From contig OZ059895.1 of assembly GCA_964057225.1 (NCBI GenBank), positions 20,150,001 through 20,214,000 on the forward strand: a DNA stretch of 64,000 nucleotides. The letters run 5' to 3'. Each line of letters opens with the position of its first letter. The first letter of the stretch is position 1. Positions 26,601 through 42,300 of the stretch are shown here, one piece after another. A program made the position numbers and the translations under genes. The stretch comes from Auanema rhodensis (taxonomy: Eukaryota; Animalia; Nematoda). The notes beneath the pieces were generated by a model, which saw only the letters and a program-made list of their open reading frames with translations, was not told the DNA's origin and did no database searches.

Positions 26601-29132
26601 TGTATTGAGCGTTTCTCGATGTAGTATAGTGCATTCGATGCGGATTTTTAAGCTGCGTCGATCTGTGTTATCAGATTTGCGCTAGCTTAAAAATGCACCG
26701 AGATATCAACTGATATAAGTTCACACTTAGATCCTCGATTTTCACCCTGAAGAATTAATTTTTTCGTTGAATAACAATGTCCATCGTCTTTGCCTTGAAA
26801 AAACAAATCTAAAAACATCTACTTCTTGCTAAATTATTTTGAAATTTTTCGAAAAAATTTTTGTCAAAATGTTTTTGGAAGCAATGTTGAGTGTACATGG
26901 AAACTCAACATACACTAATGCATCATTTTTCAAACGATCATAACTAATTTTTGTATTAAGCGTTTCTCAATGTAGTATAGTGCATTCGATGCGGATTTTT
27001 AAGCTGCGTCGATCTGTGTTATCAGATTTGCTCTAGCTTAAAAATGCACCGAGATATCAACTGATATATGTTCACACTTATATCCTCGATTTTCACCCTG
27101 AAGAAGTTATTTTTTCGTTGAATAACATTGTCCATCGTCTTTGCCTTGAAAAAAGGAATCTAAAAACATCTACTTCTTGCTAAATTATTTTGAAATTTTT
27201 CGAAAAAATTTTTGTCAAAATGTTTTTGGAAGCAATGTTGAGTGTACATGGAAACTCAACATACACTAATGCATCATTTTTCAAACGATCATAACTAATT
27301 TTTGTATTGAGCGTTTCTCGATGTAGTATAGTGCATTCGATGCGGATTTTTAAGCTGCGTCGATCTGTGTTATCAGATTTGCGCTAGCTTAAAAATGCAC
27401 CGAGATATCAACTGATATAAGTTCACACTTAGATCCTCGATTTTCACCCTGAAGAATTAATTTTTTCGTTGAATAACAATGTCCATCGTCTTTGCCTTGA
27501 AAAAACAAATCTAAAAACATCTACTTCTTGCTAAATTATTTTGAAATTTTTCGAAAAAATTTTTGTCAAAATGTTTTTGGAAGCAATGTTGAGTGTACAT
27601 GGAAACTCAACATACACTAATGCATCATTTTTCAAACGATCATAACTAATTTTTGTATTAAGCGTTTTTCAATGTAGTATAGTGCATTCGATGCGGATTT
27701 TTAAGCTGCGTCGATCTGTGTTATCAGATTTGCGCTAGCTTAAAAATGCACCGAGATATCAACTGATATATGTTCACACTTATATCCTCGATTTTCACCC
27801 TGAAGAAATTATTTTTTCGTTGAATAACATTGTCCATCGTCTTTGCCTTGAAAAAAGGAATCTAAAAACATCTACTTCTTGCTAAATTATTTTGAAATTT
27901 TTCGAAAAAATTTTTGTCAAAATGTTTTTGGAAGCAATGTTGAGTGTACATGGAAACTCAACATACACTAATGCATCATTTTTCAAACGATCATAACTAA
28001 TTTTTGTATTGAGCGTTTCTCGATGTAGTATAGTGCATTCGATGCGGATTTTTAAGCTGCGTCGATCTGTGTTATCAGATTTGCGCTAGCTTAAAAATGC
28101 ACCGAGATATCAACTGATATAAGTTCACACTTAGATCCTCGATTTTCACCCTGAAGAATTAATTTTTTCGTTGAATAACAATGTCCATCGTCTTTGCCTT
28201 GAAAAAACAAATCTAAAAACATCTACTTCTTGCTAAATTATTTTGAAATTTTTCGAAAAAATTTTTGTCAAAATGTTTTTGGAAGCAATGTTGAGTGTAC
28301 ATGGAAACTCAACATACACTAATGCATCATTTTTCAAACGATCATAACTAATTTTTGTATTAAGCGTTTTTCAATGTAGTATAGTGCATTCGATGCGGAT
28401 TTTTAAGCTGCGTCGATCTGTGTTATCAGATTTGCGCTAGCTTAAAAATGCACCGAGATATCAACTGATATATGTTCACACTTATATCCTCGATTTTCAC
28501 CCTGAAGAAATTATTTTTTCGTTGAATAACATTGTCCATCGTCTTTGCCTTGAAAAAAGGAATCTAAAAACATCTACTTCTTGCTAAATTATTTTGAAAT
28601 TTTTCGAAAAAATTTTTGTCAAAATGTTTTTGGAAGCAATGTTGAGTGTACATGGAAACTCAACATACACTAATGCATCATTTTTCAAACGATCATAACT
28701 AATTTTTGTATTGAGCGTTTCTCAATGTAGTATAGTGCATTCGATGCGGATTTTTAAGCTGCGTCGATCTGTGTTATCAGATTTGCTCTAGCTTAAAAAT
28801 GCACCGAGATATCAACTGATATATGTTCACACTTATATCCTCGATTTTCACCCTGAAGAAATTATTTTTTCGTTGAATAACATTGTCCATCGTCTTTGCC
28901 TTGAAAAAAGGAATCTAAAAACATCTACTTCTTGCTAAATTATTTTGAAATTTTTCGAAAAAATTTTTGTCAAAATGTTTTTGGAAGCAATGTTGAGTGT
29001 ACATGGAAACTCAACATACACTAATGCATCATTTTTCAAACGATCATAACTAATTTTTGTATTGAGCGTTTCTCAATGTAGTATAGTGCATTCGATGCGG
29101 ATTTTTAAGCTGCGTCGATCTGTGTTATCAGA

Positions 29133-32100
29133 TTTGCGCTAGCTTAAAAATGCACCGAGATATCAACTGATATATGTTCACACTTATATCCTCGATTTTC
29201 ACCCTGAAGAAATTATTTTTTCGTTGAATAACATTGTCCATCGTCTTTGCCTTAAAAAAAGGAATCTAAAAACATCTACTTCTTGCTAAATTATTTTGAA
29301 ATTTTTCGAAAAAATTTTTGTCAAAATGTTTTTGGAAGCAATGTTGAGTGTACATGGAAACTCAACATACACTAATGCATCATTTTTCAAACGATCATAA
29401 CTAATTTTTGTATTAAGCGTTTCTCAATGTAGTATAGTGCATTCGATGCGGATTTTTAAGCTGCGTCGATCTGTGTTATCAGATTTGCTCTAGCTTAAAA
29501 ATGCAACGAGATATCAACTGATATATGTTCACACTTATATCCTCGATTTTCACCCTGAAGAAATTATTTTTTCGTTGAATAACATTGTCCATCGTCTTTG
29601 CCTTGAAAAAAGGAATCTAAAAACATCTACTTCTTGCTAAATTATTTTGAAATTTTTCGAAAAAATTTTTGTCAAAATGTTTTTGGAAGCAATGTTGAGT
29701 GTACATGGAAACTCAACATACACTAATGCATCATTTTTCAAACGATCATAACTAATTTTTGTATTGAGCGTTTCTCGATGTAGTATAGTGCATTCGATGC
29801 GGATTTTTAAGCTGCGTCGATCTGTGTTATCAGATTTGCGCTAGCTTAAAAATGCACCGAGATATCAACTGATATAAGTTCACACTTAGATCCTCGATTT
29901 TCACCCTGAAGAATTAATTTTTTCGTTAAATAACAATGTCCATCGTCTTTGCCTTGAAAAAAGAAATCTAAAAACATCTACTTCTTGCTAAATTATTTTG
30001 AAATTTTTCGAAAAAATTTTTGTCAAAATGTTTTTGGAAGCAATGTTGAGTGTACATGGAAACTCAACATACACTAATGCATCATTTTTCAAACGATCAT
30101 AACTAATTTTTGTATTGAGCGTTTCTCAATGTAGTATAGTGCATTCGATGCGGATTTTTAAGCTGCGTCGATCTGTGTTATCAGATTTGCGCTAGCTTAA
30201 AAATGCACCGAGATATCAACTGATATATGTTCACACTTATATCCTCGATTTTCACCCTGAAGAAATTATTTTTTCGTTGAATAACATTGTCCATCGTCTT
30301 TGCCTTGAAAAAAGGAATCTAAAAACATCTACTTCTTGCTAAATTATTTTGAAATTTTTCGAAAAAATTTTTGTCAAAATGTTTTTGGAAGCAATGTTGA
30401 GTGTACATGGAAACTCAACATACACTAATGCATCATTTTTCAAACGATCATAACTAATTTTTGTATTGAGCGTTTCTCAATGTAGTATAGTGCATTCGAT
30501 GCGGATTTTTAAGCTGCGTCGATCTGTGTTATCAGATTTGCTCTAGCTTAAAAATGCACCGAGATATCAACTGATATATGTTCACACTTATATCCTCGAT
30601 TTTCACCCTGAAGAAATTATTTTTTCGTTGAATAACATTGTCCATCGTCTTTGCCTTGAAAAAAGGAATCTAAAAACATCTACTTCTTGCTAAATTATTT
30701 TGAAATTTTTCGAAAAAATTTTTGTCAAAATGTTTTTGGAAGCAATGTTGAGTGTACATGGAAACTCAACATACACTAATGCATCATTTTTCAAACGATC
30801 ATAACTAATTTTTGTATTGAGCGTTTCTCAATGTAGCATAGTGCATTCGATGCGGATTTTTAAGCTGCGTCGATCTGTGTTATCAGATTTGCGCTAGCTT
30901 AAAAATGCACCGAGATATCAACTGATATATGTTCACACTTATATCCTCGATTTTCACCCTGAAGAAATTATTTTTTCGTTGAATAACATTGTCCATCGTC
31001 TTTGCCTTAAAAAAAGGAATCTAAAAACATCTACTTCTTGCTAAATTATTTTGAAATTTTTCGAAAAAATTTTTGTCAAAATGTTTTTGGAAGCAATGTT
31101 GAGTGTACATGGAAACTCAACATACACTAATGCATCATTTTTCAAACGATCATAACTAATTTTTGTATTAAGCGTTTCTCAATGTAGTATAGTGCATTCG
31201 ATGCGGATTTTTAAGCTGCGTCGATCTGTGTTATCAGATTTGCTCTAGCTTAAAAATGCAACGAGATATCAACTGATATATGTTCACACTTAGATCCTCG
31301 ATTTTCACCCTGAAGAATTAATTTTTTCGTTAAATAACAATGTCCATCGTCTTTGCCTTGAAAAAAGAAATCTAAAAACATCTACTTCTTGCTAAATTAT
31401 TTTGAAATTTTTCGAAAAAATTTTTGTCAAAATGTTTTTGGAAGCAATGTTGAGTGTACATGGAAACTCAACATACACTAATGCATCATTTTTCAAACGA
31501 TCATAACTAATTTTTGTATTGAGCGTTTCTCGATGTAGTATAGTGCATTCGATGCGGATTTTTAAGCTGCGTCGATCTGTGTTATCAGATTTGCGCTAGC
31601 TTAAAAATGCACCGAGATATCAACTGATATATGTTCACACTTATATCCTCGATTTTCACCCTGAAGAAATTATTTTTTCGTTGAATAACATTGTCCATCG
31701 TCTTTGCCTTAAAAAAAGGAATCTAAAAACATCTACTTCTTGCTAAATTATTTTGAAATTTTTCGAAAAAATTTTTGTCAAAATGTTTTTGGAAGCAATG
31801 TTGAGTGTACATGGAAACTCAACATACACTAATGCATCATTTTTCAAACGATCATAACTAATTTTTGTATTAAGCGTTTCTCAATGTAGTATAGTGCATT
31901 CGATGCGGATTTTTAAGCTGCGTCGATCTGTGTTATCAGATTTGCTCTAGCTTAAAAATGCAACGAGATATCAACTGATATATGTTCACACTTAGATCCT
32001 CGATTTTCACCCTGAAGAATTAATTTTTTCGTTAAATAACAATGTCCATCGTCTTTGCCTTGAAAAAAGAAATCTAAAAACATCTACTTCTTGCTAAATT

Positions 32101-35100
32101 ATTTTGAAATTTTTCGAAAAAATTTTTGTCAAAATGTTTTTGGAAGCAATGTTGAGTGTACATGGAAACTCAACATACACTAATGCATCATTTTTCAAAC
32201 GATCATAACTAATTTTTGTATTGAGCGTTTCTCAATGTAGTATAGTGCATTCGATGCGGATTTTTAAGCTGCGTCGATCTGTGTTATCAGATTTGCGCTA
32301 GCTTAAAAATGCACCGAGATATCAACTGATATATGTTCACACTTATATCCTCGATTTTCACCCTGAAGAAATTATTTTTTCGTTGAATAACATTGTCCAT
32401 CGTCTTTGCCTTGAAAAAAGGAATCTAAAAACATCTACTTCTTGCTAAATTATTTTGAAATTTTTCGAAAAAATTTTTGTCAAAATGTTTTTGGAAGCAA
32501 TGTTGAGTGTACATGGAAACTCAACATACACTAATGCATCATTTTTCAAACGATCATAACTAATTTTTGTATTGAGCGTTTCTCAATGTAGTATAGTGCA
32601 TTCGATGCGGATTTTTAAGCTGCGTCGATCTGTGTTATCAGATTTGCTCTAGCTTAAAAATGCACCGAGATATCAACTGATATATGTTCACACTTATATC
32701 CTCGATTTTCACCCTGAAGAAATTATTTTTTCGTTGAATAACATTGTCCATCGTCTTTGCCTTGAAAAAAGGAATCTAAAAACATCTACTTCTTGCTAAA
32801 TTATTTTGAAATTTTTCGAAAAAATTTTTGTCAAAATGTTTTTGGAAGCAATGTTGAGTGTACATGGAAACTCAACATACACTAATGCATCATTTTTCAA
32901 ACGATCATAACTAATTTTTGTATTGAGCGTTTCTCAATGTAGTATAGTGCATTCGATGCGGATTTTTAAGCTGCGTCGATCTGTGTTATCAGATTTGCGC
33001 TAGCTTAAAAATGCACCGAGATATCAACTGATATATGTTCACACTTATATCCTCGATTTTCACCCTGAAGAAATTATTTTTTCGTTGAATAACATTGTCC
33101 ATCGTCTTTGCCTTAAAAAAAGGAATCTAAAAACATCTACTTCTTGCTAAATTATTTTGAAATTTTTCGAAAAAATTTTTGTCAAAATGTTTTTGGAAGC
33201 AATGTTGAGTGTACATGGAAACTCAACATACACTAATGCATCATTTTTCAAACGATCATAACTAATTTTTGTATTAAGCGTTTCTCAATGTAGTATAGTG
33301 CATTCGATGCGGATTTTTAAGCTGCGTCGATCTGTGTTATCAGATTTGCTCTAGCTTAAAAATGCAACGAGATATCAACTGATATATGTTCACACTTATA
33401 TCCTCGATTTTCACCCTGAAGAAATTATTTTTTCGTTGAATAACATTGTCCATCGTCTTTGCCTTGAAAAAAGGAATCTAAAAACATCTACTTCTTGCTA
33501 AATTATTTTGAAATTTTTCGAAAAAATTTTTGTCAAAATGTTTTTGGAAGCAATGTTGAGTGTACATGGAAACTCAACATACACTAATGCATCATTTTTC
33601 AAACGATCATAACTAATTTTTGTATTGAGCGTTTCTCGATGTAGTATAGTGCATTCGATGCGGATTTTTAAGCTGCGTCGATCTGTGTTATCAGATTTGC
33701 GCTAGCTTAAAAATGCACCGAGATATCAACTGATATAAGTTCACACTTAGATCCTCGATTTTCACCCTGAAGAATTAATTTTTTCGTTAAATAACAATGT
33801 CCATCGTCTTTGCCTTGAAAAAAGAAATCTAAAAACATCTACTTCTTGCTAAATTATTTTGAAATTTTTCGAAAAAATTTTTGTCAAAATGTTTTTGGAA
33901 GCAATGTTGAGTGTACATGGAAACTCAACATACACTAATGCATCATTTTTCAAACGATCATAACTAATTTTTGTATTGAGCGTTTCTCAATGTAGTATAG
34001 TGCATTCGATGCGGATTTTTAAGCTGCGTCGATCTGTGTTATCAGATTTGCGCTAGCTTAAAAATGCACCGAGATATCAACTGATATATGTTCACACTTA
34101 TATCCTCGATTTTCACCCTGAAGAAATTATTTTTTCGTTGAATAACATTGTCCATCGTCTTTGCCTTGAAAAAAGGAATCTAAAAACATCTACTTCTTGC
34201 TAAATTATTTTGAAATTTTTCGAAAAAATTTTTGTCAAAATGTTTTTGGAAGCAATGTTGAGTGTACATGGAAACTCAACATACACTAATGCATCATTTT
34301 TCAAACGATCATAACTAATTTTTGTATTGAGCGTTTCTCAATGTAGTATAGTGCATTCGATGCGGATTTTTAAGCTGCGTCGATCTGTGTTATCAGATTT
34401 GCTCTAGCTTAAAAATGCACCGAGATATCAACTGATATATGTTCACACTTATATCCTCGATTTTCACCCTGAAGAAATTATTTTTTCGTTGAATAACATT
34501 GTCCATCGTCTTTGCCTTGAAAAAAGGAATCTAAAAACATCTACTTCTTGCTAAATTATTTTGAAATTTTTCGAAAAAATTTTTGTCAAAATGTTTTTGG
34601 AAGCAATGTTGAGTGTACATGGAAACTCAACATACACTAATGCATCATTTTTCAAACGATCATAACTAATTTTTGTATTGAGCGTTTCTCAATGTAGTAT
34701 AGTGCATTCGATGCGGATTTTTAAGCTGCGTCGATCTGTGTTATCAGATTTGCGCTAGCTTAAAAATGCACCGAGATATCAACTGATATATGTTCACACT
34801 TATATCCTCGATTTTCACCCTGAAGAAATTATTTTTTCGTTGAATAACATTGTCCATCGTCTTTGCCTTAAAAAAAGGAATCTAAAAACATCTACTTCTT
34901 GCTAAATTATTTTGAAATTTTTCGAAAAAATTTTTGTCAAAATGTTTTTGGAAGCAATGTTGAGTGTACATGGAAACTCAACATACACTAATGCATCATT
35001 TTTCAAACGATCATAACTAATTTTTGTATTAAGCGTTTCTCAATGTAGTATAGTGCATTCGATGCGGATTTTTAAGCTGCGTCGATCTGTGTTATCAGAT

Positions 35101-35450
35101 TTGCTCTAGCTTAAAAATGCAACGAGATATCAACTGATATATGTTCACACTTAGATCCTCGATTTTCACCCTGAAGAATTAATTTTTTCGTTAAATAACA
35201 ATGTCCATCGTCTTTGCCTTGAAAAAAGAAATCTAAAAACATCTACTTCTTGCTAAATTATTTTGAAATTTTTCGAAAAAATTTTTGTCAAAATGTTTTT
35301 GGAAGCAATGTTGAGTGTACATGGAAACTCAACATACACTAATGCATCATTTTTCAAACGATCATAACTAATTTTTGTATTGAGCGTTTCTCGATGTAGT
35401 ATAGTGCATTCGATGCGGATTTTTAAGCTGCGTCGATCTGTGTTATCAGA
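29133..35450 (+). repeat. Repeated block at an 11-monomer (3861 bp) offset with nested shorter repeats
   Basis: G122A at 29254/33115, C23A at 29506/33367 and 31261/35122, and type B monomers with G94A at 29835/33696. The dimer 30888-31589 is repeated at 31590-32291. Confidence 0.85.
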
Positions 35451-38400
35451 TTTGCGCTAGCTTAAAAATGCACCGAGATATCAACTGATATAAGTTCACA
35501 CTTAGATCCTCGATTTTCACCCTGAAGAATTAATTTTTTCGTTAAATAACAATGTCCATCGTCTTTGCCTTGAAAAAAGAAATCTAAAAACATCTACTTC
35601 TTGCTAAATTATTTTGAAATTTTTCGAAAAAATTTTTGTCAAAATGTTTTTGGAAGCAATGTTGAGTGTACATGGAAACTCAACATACACTAATGCATCA
35701 TTTTTCAAACGATCATAACTAATTTTTGTATTGAGCGTTTCTCAATGTAGTATAGTGCATTCGATGCGGATTTTTAAGCTGCGTCGATCTGTGTTATCAG
35801 ATTTGCGCTAGCTTAAAAATGCACCGAGATATCAACTGATATATGTTCACACTTATATCCTCGATTTTCACCCTGAAGAAATTATTTTTTCGTTGAATAA
35901 CATTGTCCATCGTCTTTGCCTTGAAAAAAGGAATCTAAAAACATCTACTTCTTGCTAAATTATTTTGAAATTTTTCGAAAAAATTTTTGTCAAAATGTTT
36001 TTGGAAGCAATGTTGAGTGTACATGGAAACTCAACATACACTAATGCATCATTTTTCAAACGATCATAACTAATTTTTGTATTGAGCGTTTCTCAATGTA
36101 GTATAGTGCATTCGATGCGGATTTTTAAGCTGCGTCGATCTGTGTTATCAGATTTGCGCTAGCTTAAAAATGCACCGAGATATCAACTGATATATGTTCA
36201 CACTTATATCCTCGATTTTCACCCTGAAGAAATTATTTTTTCGTTGAATAACATTGTCCATCGTCTTTGCCTTGAAAAAAGGAATCTAAAAACATCTACT
36301 TCTTGCTAAATTATTTTGAAATTTTTCGAAAAAATTTTTGTCAAAATGTTTTTGGAAGCAATGTTGAGTGTACATGGAAACTCAACATACACTAATGCAT
36401 CATTTTTCAAACGATCATAACTAATTTTTGTATTGAGCGTTTCTCAATGTAGTATAGTGCATTCGATGCGGATTTTTAAGCTGCGTCGATCTGTGTTATC
36501 AGATTTGCGCTAGCTTAAAAATGCACCGAGATATCAACTGATATATGTTCACACTTATATCCTCGATTTTCACCCTGAAGAAATTATTTTTTCGTTGAAT
36601 AACATTGTCCATCGTCTTTGCCTTGAAAAAAGGAATCTAAAAACATCTACTTCTTGCTAAATTATTTTGAAATTTTTCGAAAAAATTTTTGTCAAAATGT
36701 TTTTGGAAGCAATGTTGAGTGTACATGGAAACTCAACATACACTAATGCATCATTTTTCAAACGATCATAACTAATTTTTGTATTGAGCGTTTCTCAATG
36801 TAGTATAGTGCATTCGATGCGGATTTTTAAGCTGCGTCGATCTGTGTTATCAGATTTGCGCTAGCTTAAAAATGCACCGAGATATCAACTGATATATGTT
36901 CACACTTATATCCTCGATTTTCACCCTGAAGAAATTATTTTTTCGTTGAATAACATTGTCCATCGTCTTTGCCTTGAAAAAAGGAATCTAAAAACATCTA
37001 CTTCTTGCTAAATTATTTTGAAATTTTTCGAAAAAATTTTTGTCAAAATGTTTTTGGAAGCAATGTTGAGTGTACATGGAAACTCAACATACACTAATGC
37101 ATCATTTTTCAAACGATCATAACTAATTTTTGTATTGAGCGTTTCTCAATGTAGTATAGTGCATTCGATGCGGATTTTTAAGCTGCGTCGATCTGTGTTA
37201 TCAGATTTGCGCTAGCTTAAAAATGCACCGAGATATCAACTGATATATGTTCACACTTATATCCTCGATTTTCACCCTGAAGAAATTATTTTTTCGTTGA
37301 ATAACATTGTCCATCGTCTTTGCCTTGAAAAAAGGAATCTAAAAACATCTACTTCTTGCTAAATTATTTTGAAATTTTTCGAAAAAATTTTTGTCAAAAT
37401 GTTTTTGGAAGCAATGTTGAGTGTACATGGAAACTCAACATACACTAATGCATCATTTTTCAAACGATCATAACTAATTTTTGTATTGAGCGTTTCTCGA
37501 TGTAGTATAGTGCATTCGATGCGGATTTTTAAGCTGCGTCGATCTGTGTTATCAGATTTGCGCTAGCTTAAAAATGCACCGAGATATCAACTGATATAAG
37601 TTCACACTTAGATCCTCGATTTTCACCCTGAAGAATTAATTTTTTCGTTGAATAACAATGTCCATCGTCTTTGCCTTGAAAAAACAAATCTAAAAACATC
37701 TACTTCTTGCTAAATTATTTTGAAATTTTTCGAAAAAATTTTTGTCAAAATGTTTTTGGAAGCAATGTTGAGTGTACATGGAAACTCAACATACACTAAT
37801 GCATCATTTTTCAAACGATCATAACTAATTTTTGTATTGAGCGTTTCTCAATGTAGTATAGTGCATTCGATGCGGATTTTTAAGCTGCGTCGATCTGTGT
37901 TATCAGATTTGCTCTAGCTTAAAAATGCACCGAGATATCAACTGATATATGTTCACACTTATATCCTCGATTTTCACCCTGAAGAAATTATTTTTTCGTT
38001 GAATAACATTGTCCATCGTCTTTGCCTTAAAAAAAGGAATCTAAAAACATCTACTTCTTGCTAAATTATTTTGAAATTTTTCGAAAAAATTTTTGTCAAA
38101 ATGTTTTTGGAAGCAATGTTGAGTGTACATGGAAACTCAACATACACTAATGCATCATTTTTCAAACGATCATAACTAATTTTTGTATTGAGCGTTTCTC
38201 GATGTAGTATAGTGCATTTGATGCGGATTTTTAAGCTGCGTCGATCTGTGTTATCAGATTTGCGCTAGCTTAAAAATGCACCGAGATATCAACTGATATA
38301 AGTTCACACTTAGATCCTCGATTTTCACCCTGAAGAATTAATTTTTTCGTTGAATAACAATGTCCATCGTCTTTGCCTTGAAAAAAGAAATCTAAAAACA

Positions 38401-39311
38401 TCTACTTCTTGCTAAATTATATTGAAATTTTTCGAAAAAATTTTTGTCAAAATGTTTTTGGAAGCAATGTTGAGTGTACATGGAAACTCAACATACACTA
38501 ATGCATCATTTTTCAAACGATCATAACTAATTTTTGTATTGAGCGTTTCTCAATGTAGTATAGTGCATTCGATGCGGATTTTTAAGCTGCGTCGATCTGT
38601 GTTATCAGATTTGCGCTAGCTTAAAAATGCACCGAGATATCAACTGATATATGTTCACACTTATATCCTCGATTTTCACCCTGAAGAAATTATTTTTTCG
38701 TTGAATAACATTGTCCATCGTCTTTGCCTTGAAAAAAGGAATCTAAAAACATCTACTTCTTGCTAAATTATTTTGAAATTTTTCGAAAAAATTTTTGTCA
38801 AAATGTTTTTGGAAGCAATGTTGAGTGTACATGGAAACTCAACATACACTAATGCATCATTTTTCAAACGATCATAACTAATTTTTGTATTAAGCGTTTC
38901 TCAATGTAGTATAGTGCATTCGATGCGGATTTTTAAGCTGCGTCGATCTGTGTTATCAGATTTGCTCTAGCTTAAAAATGCACCGAGATATCAACTGATA
39001 TATGTTCACACTTATATCCTCGATTTTCACCCTGAAGAAATTATTTTTTCGTTGAATAACATTGTCCATCGTCTTTGCCTTGAAAAAAGGAATCTAAAAA
39101 CATCTACTTCTTGCTAAATTATTTTGAAATTTTTCGAAAAAATTTTTGTCAAAATGTTTTTGGAAGCAATGTTGAGTGTACATGGAAACTCAACATACAC
39201 TAATGCATCATTTTTCAAACGATCATAACTAATTTTTGTATTAAGCGTTTCTCAATGTAGTATAGTGCATTCGATGCGGATTTTTAAGCTGCGTCGATCT
39301 GTGTTATCAGA

Positions 39312-42300
39312 TTTGCGCTAGCTTAAAAATGCACCGAGATATCAACTGATATATGTTCACACTTATATCCTCGATTTTCACCCTGAAGAAATTATTTTTT
39401 CGTTGAATAACATTGTCCATCGTCTTTGCCTTGAAAAAAAAAATCTAAAAACATCTACTTCTTGCTAAATTATTTTGAAATTTTTCGAAAAAATTTTTGT
39501 CAAAATGTTTTTGGAAGCAATGTTGAGTGTACATGGAAACTCAACATACACTAATGCATCATTTTTCAAACGATCATAACTAATTTTTGTATTGAGCGTT
39601 TCTCGATGTAGTATAGTGCATTCGATGCGGATTTTTAAGCTGCGTCGATCTGTGTTATCAGATTTGCGCTAGCTTAAAAATGCACCGAGATATCAACTGA
39701 TATAAGTTCACACTTAGATCCTCGATTTTCACCCTGAAGAATTAATTTTTTCGTTGAATAACAATGTCCATCGTCTTTGCCTTGAAAAAAGAAATCTAAA
39801 AACATCTACTTCTTGCTAAATTATATTGAAATTTTTCGAAAAAATTTTTGTCAAAATGTTTTTGGAAGCAATGTTGAGTGTACATGGAAACTCAACATAC
39901 ACTAATGCATCATTTTTCAAACGATCATAACTAATTTTTGTATTGAACGTTTCTCAATGTAGTATAGTGCATTCGATGCGGATTTTTAAGCTGCGTCGAT
40001 CTGTGTTATCAGATTTGCGCTAGCTTAAAAATGCACCGAGATATCAACTGATATATGTTCACACTTATATCCTCGATTTTCACCCTGAAGAAATTATTTT
40101 TTCGTTGAATAACATTGTCCATCGTCTTTGCCTTGAAAAAAGGAATCTAAAAACATCTACTTCTTGCTAAATTATTTTGAAATTTTTCGAAAAAATTTTT
40201 GTCAAAATGTTTTTGGAAGCAATGTTGAGTGTACATGGAAACTCAACATACACTAATGCATCATTTTTCAAACGATCATAACTAATTTTTGTATTAAGCG
40301 TTTCTCAATGTAGTATAGTGCATTCGATGCGGATTTTTAAGCTGCGTCGATCTGTGTTATCAGATTTGCTCTAGCTTAAAAATGCACCGAGATATCAACT
40401 GATATATGTTCACACTTATATCCTCGATTTTCACCCTGAAGAAATTATTTTTTCGTTGAATAACATTGTCCATCGTCTTTGCCTTGAAAAAAGGAATCTA
40501 AAAACATCTACTTCTTGCTAAATTATTCTGAAATTTTTCGAAAAAATTTTTGTCAAAATGTTTTTGGAAGCAATGTTGAGTGTACATGGAAACTCAACAT
40601 ACACTAATGCATCATTTTTCAAACGATCATAACTAATTTTTGTATTGAGCATTTCTCGATGTAGTATAGTGCATTCGATGCGGATTTTTAAGCTGCGTCG
40701 ATCTGTGTTATCGGATTTGCGCTAGCTTAAAAATGCACCGAGATATCAACTGATATAAGTTCACACTTAGATCCTCGATTTTCACCCTGAAGAATTAATT
40801 TTTTCGTTGAATAACAATGTCCATCGTCTTTGCCTTGAAAAAAGAAATCTAAAAACATCTACTTCTTGCTAAATTATTTTGAAATTTTTCGAAAAAATTT
40901 TTGTCAAAATGTTTTTGGAAGCAATGTTGAGTGTACATGGAAACTCAACATACACTAATGCATCATTTTTCAAACGATCATAACTAATTTTTGTATTGAG
41001 CGTTTCTCAATGTAGTATAGTGCATTCGATGCGGATTTTTAAGCTGCGTCGATCTGTGTTATCAGATTTGCGCTAGCTTAAAAATGCACCGAGATATCAA
41101 CTGATATATGTTCACACTTATATCCTCGATTTTCACCCTGAAGAAATTATTTTTTCGTTGAATAACATTGTCCATCGTCTTTGCCTTGAAAAAAGGAATC
41201 TAAAAACATCTACTTCTTGCTAAATTATTTTGAAATTTTTCGAAAAAATTTTTGTCAAAATGTTTTTGGAAGCAATGTTGAGTGTACATGGAAACTCAAC
41301 ATACACTAATGCATCATTTTTCAAACGATCATAACTAATTTTTGTATTGAGCGTTTCTCAATGTAGTATAGTGCATTCGATGCGGATTTTTAAGCTGCGT
41401 CGATCTGTGTTATCAGATTTGCGCTAGCTTGAAAATGCACCGAGATATCAACTGATATATGTTCACACTTATATCCTCGATTTTCACCCTGAAGAAATTA
41501 TTTTTTCGTTGAATAACATTGTCCATCGTCTTTGCCTTGAAAAAAGGAATCTAAAAACATCTACTTCTTGCTAAATTATTTTGAAATTTTTCGAAAAAAT
41601 TTTTGTCAAAATGTTTTTGGAAGCAATGTTGAGTGTACATGGAAACTCAACATACACTAATGCATCATTTTTCAAACGATCATAACTAATTTTTGTATTG
41701 AGCGTTTCTCAATGTAGTATAGTGCATTCGATGCGGATTTTTAAGCTGCGTCGATCTGTGTTATCAGATTTGCGCTAGCTTAAAAATGCACCGAGATATC
41801 AACTGATATATGTTCACACTTATATCCTCGATTTTCACCCTGAAGAAATTATTTTTTCGTTGAATAACATTGTCCATCGTCTTTGCCTTGAAAAAAGGAA
41901 TCTAAAAACGTCTACTTCTTGCTAAATTATTTTGAAATTTTTCGAAAAAATTTTTGTCAAAATGTTTTTGGAAGCAATGTTGAGTGTACATGGAAACTCA
42001 ACATACACTAATGCATCATTTTTCAAACGATCATAACTAATTTTTGTATTGAGCGTTTCTCAATGTAGTATAGTGCATTCGATGCGGATTTTTAAGCTGC
42101 GTCGATCTGTGTTATCAGATTTGCGCTAGCTTAAAAATGCACCGAGATATCAACTGATATATGTTCACACTTATATCCTCGATTTTCACCCTGAAGAAAT
42201 TATTTTTTCGTTGAATAACATTGTCCATCGTCTTTGCCTTGAAAAAAGGAATCTAAAAACATCTACTTCTTGCTAAATTATTTTGAAATTTTTCGAAAAA

